A stretch of 64,000 nucleotides of DNA, taken from sequence record MH791411.1, one strand, 5' to 3'. Positions 40,200 to 49,877 of this stretch are shown in pieces; within the stretch, counting starts at the first letter, position 1, and every line of letters begins with the position of its first letter. The notes beneath the pieces were generated by a model. That model made no database searches. It was not told the DNA's origin and saw nothing but the letters and a program-made list of their open reading frames with translations. Made by a program: the position numbers and the translations under genes. The DNA is from Escherichia phage Ecwhy_1.

Positions 40200-41609
40200 T
40201 TAGCTACGTTGACGCTTTTTGTCAGCTTCATATTCGTAGTGTACAGTTTCGCCAAATGGTGCTTGTTTGTTAGGATTACTGTGGATAACAAACAGTGTCT
40301 TACAGTAATCAGGATCACCCCATGACTGCCACGGCTCACCATCTGTAAACATAATAAGCTGTTTAGGCTTATAGTTGTCATGCTTCATATGAACCCATAC
40401 TGCTTCAAAGTCAGTACCACCACCACCTTTCACTGGATATTCGAGAATCTTACTCTCTTCACCAGTTTTGTAATCTTTCACAGTATAAACTTCAGTATCG
40501 AACGTCATGATACGGATTTTAAATTGTTTAAACTGCTTAGTGATACCCAGTACTTCACTGATGAAATCACGGAGCATATCTTCAGAGATAGAACCGGATG
40601 CATCTAGTGCAATTGCAATATCAATATCATCATCTGGTTTCATACCAGGGAAGATTGGATTCCCGTAGAATGAACCAGAACTACCAAAACCAGCACCCCA
40701 TGAACGACGATTAGGATTTTGATAAGTTGCATCAGACTTCAACCAGCTACGCAGTGTGCGGTGAAGTTTGGAACGCCAGTCAATCTTAGGTTCTTTGAAG
40801 TTGTTAATCATACGTGCGATTTCAGCAGGAGTACCACCTGCACGAGCAGCATTCATCATTGCTGTTTTGAAATCATCCATATAATCACGTTTTTGTTTAT
40901 CACTTGAACCACCTTCTTGACCTTCTTGTGGAACGTCATGCTGGTCGATTGTTGTACCTTTGCCTTTACCATCTTTGATATCACCAAAAGTACCGCGTGA
41001 TTTACCTTCACCCTCACCACTACCAGCCTGTGGATTTCCTTCACCTTCTCCGTCTTGATCCTGCTTATCTTCTTCTTCGAGAATGTTATAAATCTCTTCA
41101 GCAGTCATACCATCGTACTTTTTATCGTACAGCCATTGGCTTTGGATTTTACCAATTTTATCACGAACAAGAATCTGGTTAATTGCATAGTCAGCAGCAC
41201 GGTTATAACGCTGCGGGTCACGCATACCACGACGCAAGAAGTGGTCATATGCACAGTGAAGAATCTCATGACAGATAACTGCAATCAGGTTTTCATCGGT
41301 CAAACCTTCTGTCATTTCTTTAAGTTGTTCTTCAGTTACTTCAGGATGTTTCTCACGAATTGCTTCTTCGTATGCTGACTTTTTGGATTGGTCCTGAATA
41401 CCCATGATGAATTCTACGTTGTAGAATAAATGCTTACCATCTACAGCCAAAGTACGACACCATGTGTTGTTTGCAACTGGACGCAGACGAGAAGCCAGTA
41501 CACCAAAGAATGGGAATGTTAGCATTAAAGATGTGCGAGCTAAGATCAGACGATCTTGACATTCTTTCTGGAGAGCCGGAGTAACATCACTGAAACGTTT
41601 ATCTGACAT
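40200..41609 (-). CDS. VWA-domain protein with N-terminal HExxH metallopeptidase-like domain (DUF2201-type partner of a MoxR ATPase)
   Basis: Zinc-binding motif VICHEILHCAYDH in the N-terminal half. C-terminal von Willebrand A domain with MIDAS motif IALDASGSIS, and …ILEYPVKGGGGTDFEAV…IMFTDGE. Gly/Glu-rich acidic linker between the two domains. Confidence 0.8.
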   Translation of the reverse strand: MSDKRFSDVTPALQKECQDRLILARTSLMLTFPFFGVLASRLRPVANNTWCRTLAVDGKHLFYNVEFIMGIQDQSKKSAYEEAIREKHPEVTEEQLKEMTEGLTDENLIAVICHEILHCAYDHFLRRGMRDPQRYNRAADYAINQILVRDKIGKIQSQWLYDKKYDGMTAEEIYNILEEEDKQDQDGEGEGNPQAGSGEGEGKSRGTFGDIKDGKGKGTTIDQHDVPQEGQEGGSSDKQKRDYMDDFKTAMMNAARAGGTPAEIARMINNFKEPKIDWRSKLHRTLRSWLKSDATYQNPNRRSWGAGFGSSGSFYGNPIFPGMKPDDDIDIAIALDASGSISEDMLRDFISEVLGITKQFKQFKIRIMTFDTEVYTVKDYKTGEESKILEYPVKGGGGTDFEAVWVHMKHDNYKPKQLIMFTDGEPWQSWGDPDYCKTLFVIHSNPNKQAPFGETVHYEYEADKKRQRS

Positions 41610-41632
41610 TTGTATTTCCTCGTTTAGTTAAG

Positions 41633-41660
41633 ATAAAAGAAGGATACCATGTGGTATCCT
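41633..41660 (-). terminator. Intergenic hairpin/partial terminator between the MoxR and VWA genes
   Basis: aggatacca-tg-tggtatcct inverted repeat. On the minus strand it is followed by TCTTTTAT. Lies in the 75-nt gap between the MoxR stop (41685) and the VWA start (41609). Confidence 0.45.
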
Positions 41661-41684
41661 CCTTGTCAACACTCTTTTTAATTA

Positions 41685-43013
41685 TTAACCAAGAGAGCGT
41701 GCTTTACGTACTAGGTCAGAGTACTTCATAACGAAGTCTTTAAACGCTGGTACATCTTTAATCGTAATCGCTACTTTATGAAGCGTGATGGTACGAATCG
41801 CCAGTACTGCCAGTTCTGCTTGAGTTGCAGAGAAGTTATGGTCTAGGAAGGTGATGAAGTTGTTGCACAGCTTACCCCAATCTTCCACTGGTAGACGTTG
41901 TTCTTGCTTCTCATTGTAGAGGTCGATAATTTTGTAAACCAGATTCAGAGTGATGAAGTAGTTCGCGGAAATATCAAGCGAAGCATCAATCTCTTTAATC
42001 TCACCCTGTAGGATGGACATGGTATCTGGTAGTTTAGCTACGTTATCAACATACTCGATGTATTCAGTTGCTACGCCTTCACCAACACGACCTGCAATCA
42101 TCGCACGGAACACTTCTTTATCAATGTTCTTAACTTTCTTCAGATCTTCGTAGCGTGCTACTGCTTCCCATGAACGTGGAGAAGTACCACCACAGTGAGA
42201 AGGATCTTGTGGGCTAAGGGTGTTGAAGTGTTTAGCACCAGTGTTGTTGATGAACGCTACAGTTGCTGGGTTCAAACGCTTACCAATCGCATAATCGTTA
42301 ATCCAATCTTGATGATAAGGAATCATTTCGATGTGGGTCATACGGTCACGCAGTGGTGTAGCTAGAGAGAACGTTACACCGCCATCAGTTTCACGGTTAC
42401 CTGCTGCGAGAATCAGTGCAGTCTTAGGTAGCTTCATCTCACCAACACAACGGTCGAGGATTAGCTGATAAGACGCTGCCTGTACAATCGGCATTGCAGA
42501 GTTGATTTCGTCAAACAGAATAACACCTTTCCAATCTGGAGACAGTTTCAGTACTTTAGGTGCTGCCCACACAACTGCTGTTTCAGCGATGTAATCTTGT
42601 GCACTAGCCAGTTCAGATTCAATCAGTTGCTTACCATCCATATCAAGGAACACTTTCTCTGGAACTGGGATACCGCGAAGGTCACTTGGTTCAATCTGAG
42701 ACAAACGGAAATCGATAAAGTTAGTGTCTTGGTCGATTAGTTTGGCTTCAAACGCTGCCAGTTCACGGCGAAGTTGATCAGCATTTTCAGTATCAGCTTC
42801 GATTTGTTGTTTCATGAACTCAATTTTTGCCACGTTATCTTTACGCAGTGGGTAGTTCTCATCAGCGTATTGACGTGCGATAGCAGATTTACCGATACCA
42901 GGGCTACCCCAAATCATCAGGCTATCTTGAATCATGTCAGCCAGTGCCATTGCTTCTTTAGCTTTCTTAGGAGTCAGTTTTACGTTCAGGATATCGTTGT
43001 TTTGAGTAGACAT
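41685..43013 (-). CDS. MoxR/CobS-like AAA+ ATPase
   Basis: Walker A IWGSPGIGKSAI, Walker B VILFDEINSA, sensor region TALILAAGNRETDGG. A coiled-coil insertion of about 50 aa lies between Walker A and B (EFMKQQIEADTENADQLRRELAAFEAKL). Adjacent VWA partner. Confidence 0.8.
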   Translation of the reverse strand: MSTQNNDILNVKLTPKKAKEAMALADMIQDSLMIWGSPGIGKSAIARQYADENYPLRKDNVAKIEFMKQQIEADTENADQLRRELAAFEAKLIDQDTNFIDFRLSQIEPSDLRGIPVPEKVFLDMDGKQLIESELASAQDYIAETAVVWAAPKVLKLSPDWKGVILFDEINSAMPIVQAASYQLILDRCVGEMKLPKTALILAAGNRETDGGVTFSLATPLRDRMTHIEMIPYHQDWINDYAIGKRLNPATVAFINNTGAKHFNTLSPQDPSHCGGTSPRSWEAVARYEDLKKVKNIDKEVFRAMIAGRVGEGVATEYIEYVDNVAKLPDTMSILQGEIKEIDASLDISANYFITLNLVYKIIDLYNEKQEQRLPVEDWGKLCNNFITFLDHNFSATQAELAVLAIRTITLHKVAITIKDVPAFKDFVMKYSDLVRKARSLG

Positions 43014-43053
43014 GTATATTTTCCTTTTGTTGGATAAAATCGTTTAGGTTTCT

Positions 43054-43082
43054 ATTATAGCCAATCCGTGGGCAAAAGTAAA
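43054..43082 (-). promoter_or_regulatory. Proximal promoter P3 (TTTACT-N17-TATAAT) for the MoxR gene
   Basis: Minus strand reads cTTTACTtttgcccacggattggcTATAATagaaacc, about 40 nt upstream of the MoxR ATG. Confidence 0.4.
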
Positions 43083-43120
43083 GGAACTGTGTTAAAAGAA
43101 TTTTTAACTTATCAGTTCCT
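43081..43120 (-). promoter_or_regulatory. 5'-leader stem-loop
   Basis: ggaactg-(23 nt)-cagttcc inverted repeat in the leader transcribed from the upstream tandem promoters. Confidence 0.3.
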
Positions 43121-43178
43121 TTGTTACTTCATGAATCATCCGTGTATTTAAAAAGGCATTTCTCTTTGCCGTCTTGAT

Positions 43179-43222
43179 GTGGTCATTATATCACATCGTT
43201 CAGGCTTGTCAACAACTTTTTT
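43179..43222 (-). promoter_or_regulatory. Tandem promoter copy 1: TTGACA-N16-TGaTATAAT (minus strand)
   Basis: + strand gtggtcATTATAtcacatcgttcaggctTGTCAAcaactttttt. Reverse complement gives a perfect -35 and an extended -10 with 16-nt spacer. Confidence 0.7.
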
Positions 43223-43269
43223 ATTTCTTTTTCAATCTCACATCTTGTGATTTTGAAAACTTGCTTCGT

Positions 43270-43315
43270 GGTGGTCATTATAACACATCATTCGGCGTTG
43301 TCAACATCTTTTTTT
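43270..43315 (-). promoter_or_regulatory. Tandem promoter copy 2: TTGACA-N16-TGtTATAAT (minus strand)
   Basis: + strand gtggtcATTATAacacatcattcggcgtTGTCAAcatcttttttt. A direct repeat about 91 bp from copy 1 with the same architecture. Confidence 0.7.
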
Positions 43316-43329
43316 CTTTATTTTCGAAG

Positions 43330-43707
43330 CTACATGTGCATCGAAAATAACATTCTAAAATCATCACCACACAATGTTAACTCTGTAACTATCATTGCGT
43401 CCGAGAGGTATATGTACTGCCCTTCTACATAGTAGGGTGAAGTACATATCCTATCAAGCGATGTAAAGATTATAGAACTTTTGAACTCTCTTTGCAAGGG
43501 GATTTTTGTAAATTCGTAAAGAATGTTTTCTTTACAAATTGTATATCCAAACTTGCTAAGTCTTAAACCACCGCCAGTTCTGAAATTTTCAAAAATTGAC
43601 ATCAGAAGCATACGGTCTGTTAATTCAGCGTCTGATCCATGTACTTCTCTAACTTTTAAAAGTACATCGTTTTGAAATTCAGTACTGTTGTGTGGTTCAG
43701 GAATCAT
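43330..43707 (-). CDS. Hypothetical protein (125 aa)
   Basis: ATG lies 4 nt after the stop of the upstream 130-aa gene (tightly coupled). No motif recognised. Confidence 0.45.
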   Translation of the reverse strand: MIPEPHNSTEFQNDVLLKVREVHGSDAELTDRMLLMSIFENFRTGGGLRLSKFGYTICKENILYEFTKIPLQREFKSSIIFTSLDRICTSPYYVEGQYIYLSDAMIVTELTLCGDDFRMLFSMHM

Positions 43708-43710
43708 AAA

Positions 43711-44103
43711 TTACATCCCCACGAAACCCTGTCTTGCTGCATATGAAGGAGCATCTTTAACTTTATAGTCTTGGACACCATCTTTACCAATTTTCGGACC
43801 CATATCTTTGGTTCCGAAGCAGCAATCAGTGGATTCATCAACTTCTTCAGTACTTTCATCATTATATCGAACATCCGATAAAATGTCACACGCTTTTTGA
43901 AGCTTTTCTACGATTTCTTTTTGATCTTCACCTGATTTAACCTTATCCACAATGTGGATAAGGCATTCGGTGATATCTTTAAGTAAATCGGTGGCAACAG
44001 CATCAGAAGGAGTCTCAACTGCAAAACTTTCTTCTTCAGTAGATTCTTCACTAGAAGTGATTTCATCTAATGCTTCAACCAATTCACGATAATTATATCC
44101 CAT
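43711..44103 (-). CDS. Acidic hypothetical protein (130 aa)
   Basis: Start 2 nt after the stop of the 330-aa acidic protein gene. Glu/Asp-rich. Confidence 0.5.
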   Translation of the reverse strand: MGYNYRELVEALDEITSSEESTEEESFAVETPSDAVATDLLKDITECLIHIVDKVKSGEDQKEIVEKLQKACDILSDVRYNDESTEEVDESTDCCFGTKDMGPKIGKDGVQDYKVKDAPSYAARQGFVGM

Positions 44104-44104
44104 C

Positions 44105-45097
44105 TTATTTGTCCCCTAGAAATTGTTGATATTTCTTCTGGAGACTTTCGAAAATGTCTTCGACTTCTTCATCGCTTTCATCTTCTAGTTCTTCGTTACC
44201 TTCCACTGACTCATCACTCTCATTAACATTGAGTGGGTTGTCACCTAGAGCAGTACCTGGAAACTTAGGTTCAAATTTGTGAACACGGTTCTCGTTACCG
44301 TCATTGTCATAGTACTCTGGTTCAGGACGATTGTCAACATCTTCATCAACGACACGTCTCCAGTAGAACTTGTTACCCTTGGTAATAACAACAAAGTGGT
44401 CACCTTCTACACCATTAGTTTTAGCTTGACCGTCACGAACAGCATCAGCTTCAGTGTTGTAAGGACCAAAATCAGTACTGTCACCTTGTTCTTCATCTTC
44501 AGAGATGGTTAGGTCTGGTAGGAAAGTGTTTTCTTCAACTTTAACTTCAGTATCTGGGTTACCTTCTACTGAATATTCATCTTCTGGTTCGTCTTGAAGA
44601 CCAGCTAGAGATAGCATACGACTGAAATCGAATTCTTCTTCGATGATTTCTTCTTCTTCTTCCTCTTCTTCAACTGATTCTAGTTGAGGTTGACCGGAAA
44701 GATCTAAAGAAAACTCTTCTTCATCTGCAACACCAGGCTCTTCGAACTCTGCATCCATACTTACTTCTTCAGAATCACCACCAAAATCACCAGCTTCAGC
44801 AGATAGTGAGTCAGCAGCTACTTCCAATGGGTCTTCAACTGGTGCATCAATCGCACCATCCATTGTACCACCAACTTCTTCTTCAGCACCCGCACCAATG
44901 GAATCCATGTCGAGTGGAGCGATTGGTGGTAGAGAAGGGGTCATAGACCCCATAGAAGGAACTGGAGCAGCAACAGGAGAAGCTTGACGCTCTGCTTGAC
45001 CAGCTAATGCAAGCATACGAGATAGTGTTTCTAGATCTTCAGATTCTAGACCTGCGATATCGATTTTAACTTGTGCTTCATTAATTTTTTTAGCCAT
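44105..45097 (-). CDS. Highly acidic protein with poly-Glu tract (virion assembly/internal protein candidate)
   Basis: EEEEEEEEIIEEEF run and very low predicted pI. Part of a leftward array of small acidic or coiled-coil proteins upstream of the tail tube/sheath genes. Confidence 0.55.
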   Translation of the reverse strand: MAKKINEAQVKIDIAGLESEDLETLSRMLALAGQAERQASPVAAPVPSMGSMTPSLPPIAPLDMDSIGAGAEEEVGGTMDGAIDAPVEDPLEVAADSLSAEAGDFGGDSEEVSMDAEFEEPGVADEEEFSLDLSGQPQLESVEEEEEEEEIIEEEFDFSRMLSLAGLQDEPEDEYSVEGNPDTEVKVEENTFLPDLTISEDEEQGDSTDFGPYNTEADAVRDGQAKTNGVEGDHFVVITKGNKFYWRRVVDEDVDNRPEPEYYDNDGNENRVHKFEPKFPGTALGDNPLNVNESDESVEGNEELEDESDEEVEDIFESLQKKYQQFLGDK

Positions 45098-45119
45098 TTT
45101 AAATAAATCCTTTTAGTTA

Positions 45120-46631
45120 TCAATCATTCTTATTTAATGATTTTAAAATTTGCACTGTTTCATCCTTTTTACCAGATAGTAAAATGTCAGCAGCAATTAG
45201 AGAAACCTCATCACCACGCGTTAAGAGTACTGTAATTTTCTTAGCGTAAGGTGATTCTTTAATTCGTGAAGCCAATGATTGAACTTCATCACCAGGAGCA
45301 GGAACTTCAGGTTCTGGCTCTGATACAGGTTCTGGTTCTTTAGTAGGTTCAGCTTTTGGTTCAACTACATCAGTACTTGATACTTCAGCATCTACTTTCT
45401 CTTCAGGTTCTTCTTCTTTCTTATCAGCATGTTCTGCATCATAACGAGCAAGAATGTCATCAGCAGTTGATTTTGGAATCAATTTACCTTCTGCACTGAT
45501 AAAGCGGTTACCACCGATATAAGAATACTCTGTGCCTTTCTTAGATTTTACTTTAGTTCCGATTTTCATTGCACCAGAACTGTTATGGCGAATTATATCA
45601 CGTTGAGCAGCACGTTCAACACTTTTTGCAGCACTAGAATTTAGTTGTTTTTTAGTTTCTACATCAAACCATGCATTTTTTTGTTTAATGTATGTTTTAC
45701 CTTTATTTGAAGTAATGCGGTAACCATGTGGAACCACAACAGATTCAGTTTCTTCAATCTCTTCATCTGCTTCATTAATGGATTCTTTTGTTGCGAATAC
45801 TGGCTGTTTTACTGGTTGTTTAGGTTGTTCTGGCTTTTCACCTGAACCAAAACGTTGTTCACCTGATTCATGATCACCAGTTAGTGAAGGAAAATCACCA
45901 GGGTTAGCCTTAACAAATTGCTGATATGCATTAAAGATTACATGTGCATTTTGTTCTGGAATTACAACATTACCATCATTATCACAAAATTCTTTACCAT
46001 TCCATTCTGAACGAGTATTACCTTGTACTAATGTAGATTTAATTGGAATTAGTTTGTTTTTTGGTGCTAATTGGCGAGCAATACGCATACCTTCATCGGA
46101 AAGTTTACGTGTCATTGCTGGGTCAACTGGACGTCCAGATTTTGCATCAACAAAACGGTGATTTTTAGGGATGAATTTAAATCCACTAACTTCCATACCT
46201 GCTGGAATAGAAATATCATCAGCATATGGTGGAAGGATATAGAATTTTAGGGAGTTCCATTCTTTTTGTAGAGTTTCTTTTGAAACATTATATACACGGT
46301 GGTCATCTGCCATTAGTTCAGTGATAATTTCACTTTCAGTTAGTAGAATTCCATCTTTAGAATTGAAACGATTTTCACCAAGAAATGTACACTCTTTACC
46401 TTCAAGAATATATTTTTTACCAATTTTATATTCACTAGAAGATAGATTGTGCTCAACAATCTGTTGTCGAGCACTTGCGTACATGGATGGGTATTTTTTA
46501 GGGTCTACCATTAACATATTATTGTCGTTAAACCAGAAACCTTCTAGAAATACATATTTGCCACCAGTGTGAGAAGTATATACATATCCATTAGGTACTG
46601 TGGTAGTTTCAGTACTGAAAAAATTATCCAT
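45120..46631 (-). CDS. Hypothetical protein with three internal YxxTSxxGxxY-type repeats and a Pro/Glu-rich linker
   Basis: Likely start is the ATG at 46631 (taAGGAGAatcaacacATG). Repeats: YVYTSHTGGKYVF, YRITSNKGKTYIK, EYSYIGGNRFIS. Acidic PEPEPV linker near the C-terminus. Confidence 0.55.
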   Translation of the reverse strand: MDNFFSTETTTVPNGYVYTSHTGGKYVFLEGFWFNDNNMLMVDPKKYPSMYASARQQIVEHNLSSSEYKIGKKYILEGKECTFLGENRFNSKDGILLTESEIITELMADDHRVYNVSKETLQKEWNSLKFYILPPYADDISIPAGMEVSGFKFIPKNHRFVDAKSGRPVDPAMTRKLSDEGMRIARQLAPKNKLIPIKSTLVQGNTRSEWNGKEFCDNDGNVVIPEQNAHVIFNAYQQFVKANPGDFPSLTGDHESGEQRFGSGEKPEQPKQPVKQPVFATKESINEADEEIEETESVVVPHGYRITSNKGKTYIKQKNAWFDVETKKQLNSSAAKSVERAAQRDIIRHNSSGAMKIGTKVKSKKGTEYSYIGGNRFISAEGKLIPKSTADDILARYDAEHADKKEEEPEEKVDAEVSSTDVVEPKAEPTKEPEPVSEPEPEVPAPGDEVQSLASRIKESPYAKKITVLLTRGDEVSLIAADILLSGKKDETVQILKSLNKND

Positions 46632-46644
46632 GTGTTGATTCTCC

Positions 46645-47190
46645 TTAAGAAAGCATACGCAAAAGTTGTTCACGCTGCTCTGGACTTAATTTTTGTAGAG
46701 CATCAGGGATACTAGAACCTTGTGCTTTTGGCTGTTCCTGTGGTGCTGGTTGTGGAGCATTGTCAGGTTGAGCTTGTGGTGCAGGACGTTGTTGTTCTTC
46801 ACCTTTATCATCATCACGATAATCATTCATCAAGTCACGTGCTGCTGCCAATAGAGCAGAACCAACATCTTTAGGAGTAAAAGTACGACGACTGTTATTT
46901 CCCAGGTGTTTTATATCAAGGTTATTTCCTTTGAAGAATTGTGCAACATCAGCATATGGTACTGATGGCTGTGCTTTACCGTATTTGCGACCAACATAGC
47001 GTTTAAATTCAGCCCAAAGACGGTTTGCTTCTGCACCAACTTCTTGTGCACCTTGTTCTACTTGACCACTACCGAAAAAGCCTTTTACTTTTCCTTTTGC
47101 ACTATCTACTGCACTTTGTGAACGACTATATGGACGAGCTTCATTTAGCTCTTCATCATTATAGTCTAACATTTCATTAAGTATACTCAT
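46645..47190 (-). CDS. Hypothetical protein (181 aa) with Gln/Pro-rich low-complexity C-terminus
   Basis: QQRPAPQAQPDNAPQPAPQEQPKAQ tract. Start 3 nt after the upstream gene stop. Confidence 0.5.
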   Translation of the reverse strand: MSILNEMLDYNDEELNEARPYSRSQSAVDSAKGKVKGFFGSGQVEQGAQEVGAEANRLWAEFKRYVGRKYGKAQPSVPYADVAQFFKGNNLDIKHLGNNSRRTFTPKDVGSALLAAARDLMNDYRDDDKGEEQQRPAPQAQPDNAPQPAPQEQPKAQGSSIPDALQKLSPEQREQLLRMLS

Positions 47191-47193
47191 GTC

Positions 47194-47727
47194 TCAATCC
47201 TTTTTACCAAAACCAGCACTCATATATTGAGAGTATTTATTGTCACTTTTAACTGCTTCAATCGCATCTTTAACTGCGGTTACAGCACGTTCTTCACCAG
47301 CTAAATCATGGCTGTCTTCTGGTTTGCCAAAATCAACACCAATTACTGGTTCGTAATCGTCAAAGTCAATATCATCTTCGAGTTCGGTCATTTCTTGTTG
47401 ACGTGGTTCATCTTTACTACGTACACGGATTAGAGCTTCAGTCATACTTAGTAGGTTGCCAATTTCATACATTAGTACGTTTGATTGAACACCACGGTGG
47501 CATTTGAAATCAAACATCCAAATTTCACCACAATCTAATTCATAAAAATCTAGTGGTCTTTCCATGAAAATAGTTTTCTTTAGTGCACCAATATCAAATG
47601 CATCATAACGATCCATTAGGCGTTGTGATACTTTACTTAGTTGCTCATTGGTAGGTTCAACTGCAAACTTGACTCGGTATTCAAAAACTGGTTTTTTATC
47701 CGTTAGGATTTGTTGTAATCTATTCAT
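47194..47727 (-). CDS. Hypothetical protein (177 aa)
   Basis: ORF with an acidic C-terminal region; tightly spaced with its neighbours. Confidence 0.5.
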   Translation of the reverse strand: MNRLQQILTDKKPVFEYRVKFAVEPTNEQLSKVSQRLMDRYDAFDIGALKKTIFMERPLDFYELDCGEIWMFDFKCHRGVQSNVLMYEIGNLLSMTEALIRVRSKDEPRQQEMTELEDDIDFDDYEPVIGVDFGKPEDSHDLAGEERAVTAVKDAIEAVKSDNKYSQYMSAGFGKKD

Positions 47728-47754
47728 TTTAATAACTCCATAAGGTCGTTTAAG

Positions 47755-48771
<1,017 letters not shown>

Positions 48772-49866
48772 TTAAAAATCTCCTAATATGTTACCTAATC
48801 CGAATTTTGAGCTTGCAGAAGAAACGATGCTTCCTAAACCAATAGCATTTGCACCTCTTGTCACTGCGGAACCTATGTTTCGGATGGTATCAGGAGTAAT
48901 GTCACCACGAAGGATATCACCAGCACTACTGATTATATCACTAACTGATGTTCCTGCTCGGATAATTTTACCAACTGTCGAAATTCCTTTAGTTTTGTCA
49001 TCAAGTTCACCAAAGTACTTAAAGAATCCACTCACACCAAGACCTTCAGTATCGGTGATGAGTTGTGCAATTTCCATTGTAGGGACACCAATACTCAAGT
49101 ACCCTTCAGGACCAAAGTTGTTACACGCTTCATAACGCATAGTCAAAGATAATAGTGCTGGGTCACCTTCACTTTCCATAGATTTAGTTTCTAATTGTAT
49201 ATCTTCGATGAATACATTTATCATGTTATGAACTGTATAGGTTTCATTATCAATTTCATAGATATTAATTGATTTGAAAAAGTACTGGTTGTCGTAGTTA
49301 CCATTGTTCATTACAGAACGACCCCAGTTTCCACCTAAACCATTGAAATTTTCGGGTGTACTGAGTACGTCATTTCGGTAAGATTGTGGGTTCTTGTCAA
49401 AGAAGTCACCATAGTAGAACTTACGATATGCGTCCATTAGGAGATATCCAGCACCATCAACAGTATCGTAGAAGACAACATTACTTGGTTTATAAACAAT
49501 ATCACCAGTAACTAAACGTTTTTTGTTGTATTGGTTTACGGTTTCAACACTAAAAGAAAAACTAGGAAGTGTTACATCTTTTACAAAGCACGATACATTA
49601 TTAACATCAAAATCAGTATGTGTATCTGGGAGTTGGGTTTTAATAAAGTTCTTTGCGAACGGGGTTAGTACAAATTCGATAATAAAACTGTTCTTAAATT
49701 TTGGTAAATTATAGAATGAAAAACCCATTTCACCTGCTGTACCAAACACACGTTGTGCAGCGTTATAATTCTCAAAAGCTGGTTCTCTAATGATGTTGAT
49801 ATTGTCAATAACACCATTAACTATACTAGTTCCAGTACTGACAAATGAATCAAAAAAATCACTCAT
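48772..49866 (-). CDS. Hypothetical tail/baseplate protein (364 aa; tube-initiator-like by position)
   Basis: Start 1 nt after the stop of the 142-aa gene; lies directly downstream of the two tube-like genes. Gly/Ser-rich C-terminus. The functional call rests on position only. Confidence 0.45.
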   Translation of the reverse strand: MSDFFDSFVSTGTSIVNGVIDNINIIREPAFENYNAAQRVFGTAGEMGFSFYNLPKFKNSFIIEFVLTPFAKNFIKTQLPDTHTDFDVNNVSCFVKDVTLPSFSFSVETVNQYNKKRLVTGDIVYKPSNVVFYDTVDGAGYLLMDAYRKFYYGDFFDKNPQSYRNDVLSTPENFNGLGGNWGRSVMNNGNYDNQYFFKSINIYEIDNETYTVHNMINVFIEDIQLETKSMESEGDPALLSLTMRYEACNNFGPEGYLSIGVPTMEIAQLITDTEGLGVSGFFKYFGELDDKTKGISTVGKIIRAGTSVSDIISSAGDILRGDITPDTIRNIGSAVTRGANAIGLGSIVSSASSKFGLGNILGDF

Positions 49867-49877
49867 GGGTTATCTCC

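Noticed and set aside
41663-41671. TTGACA on the minus strand just upstream of the MoxR-VWA intergenic hairpin, a possible internal promoter for the VWA gene.
   Set aside because: The best downstream -10 candidate at proper spacing is TATCCT (4/6), and the hairpin overlaps the spacer. More parsimonious as part of the attenuator context, though a weak promoter cannot be excluded.
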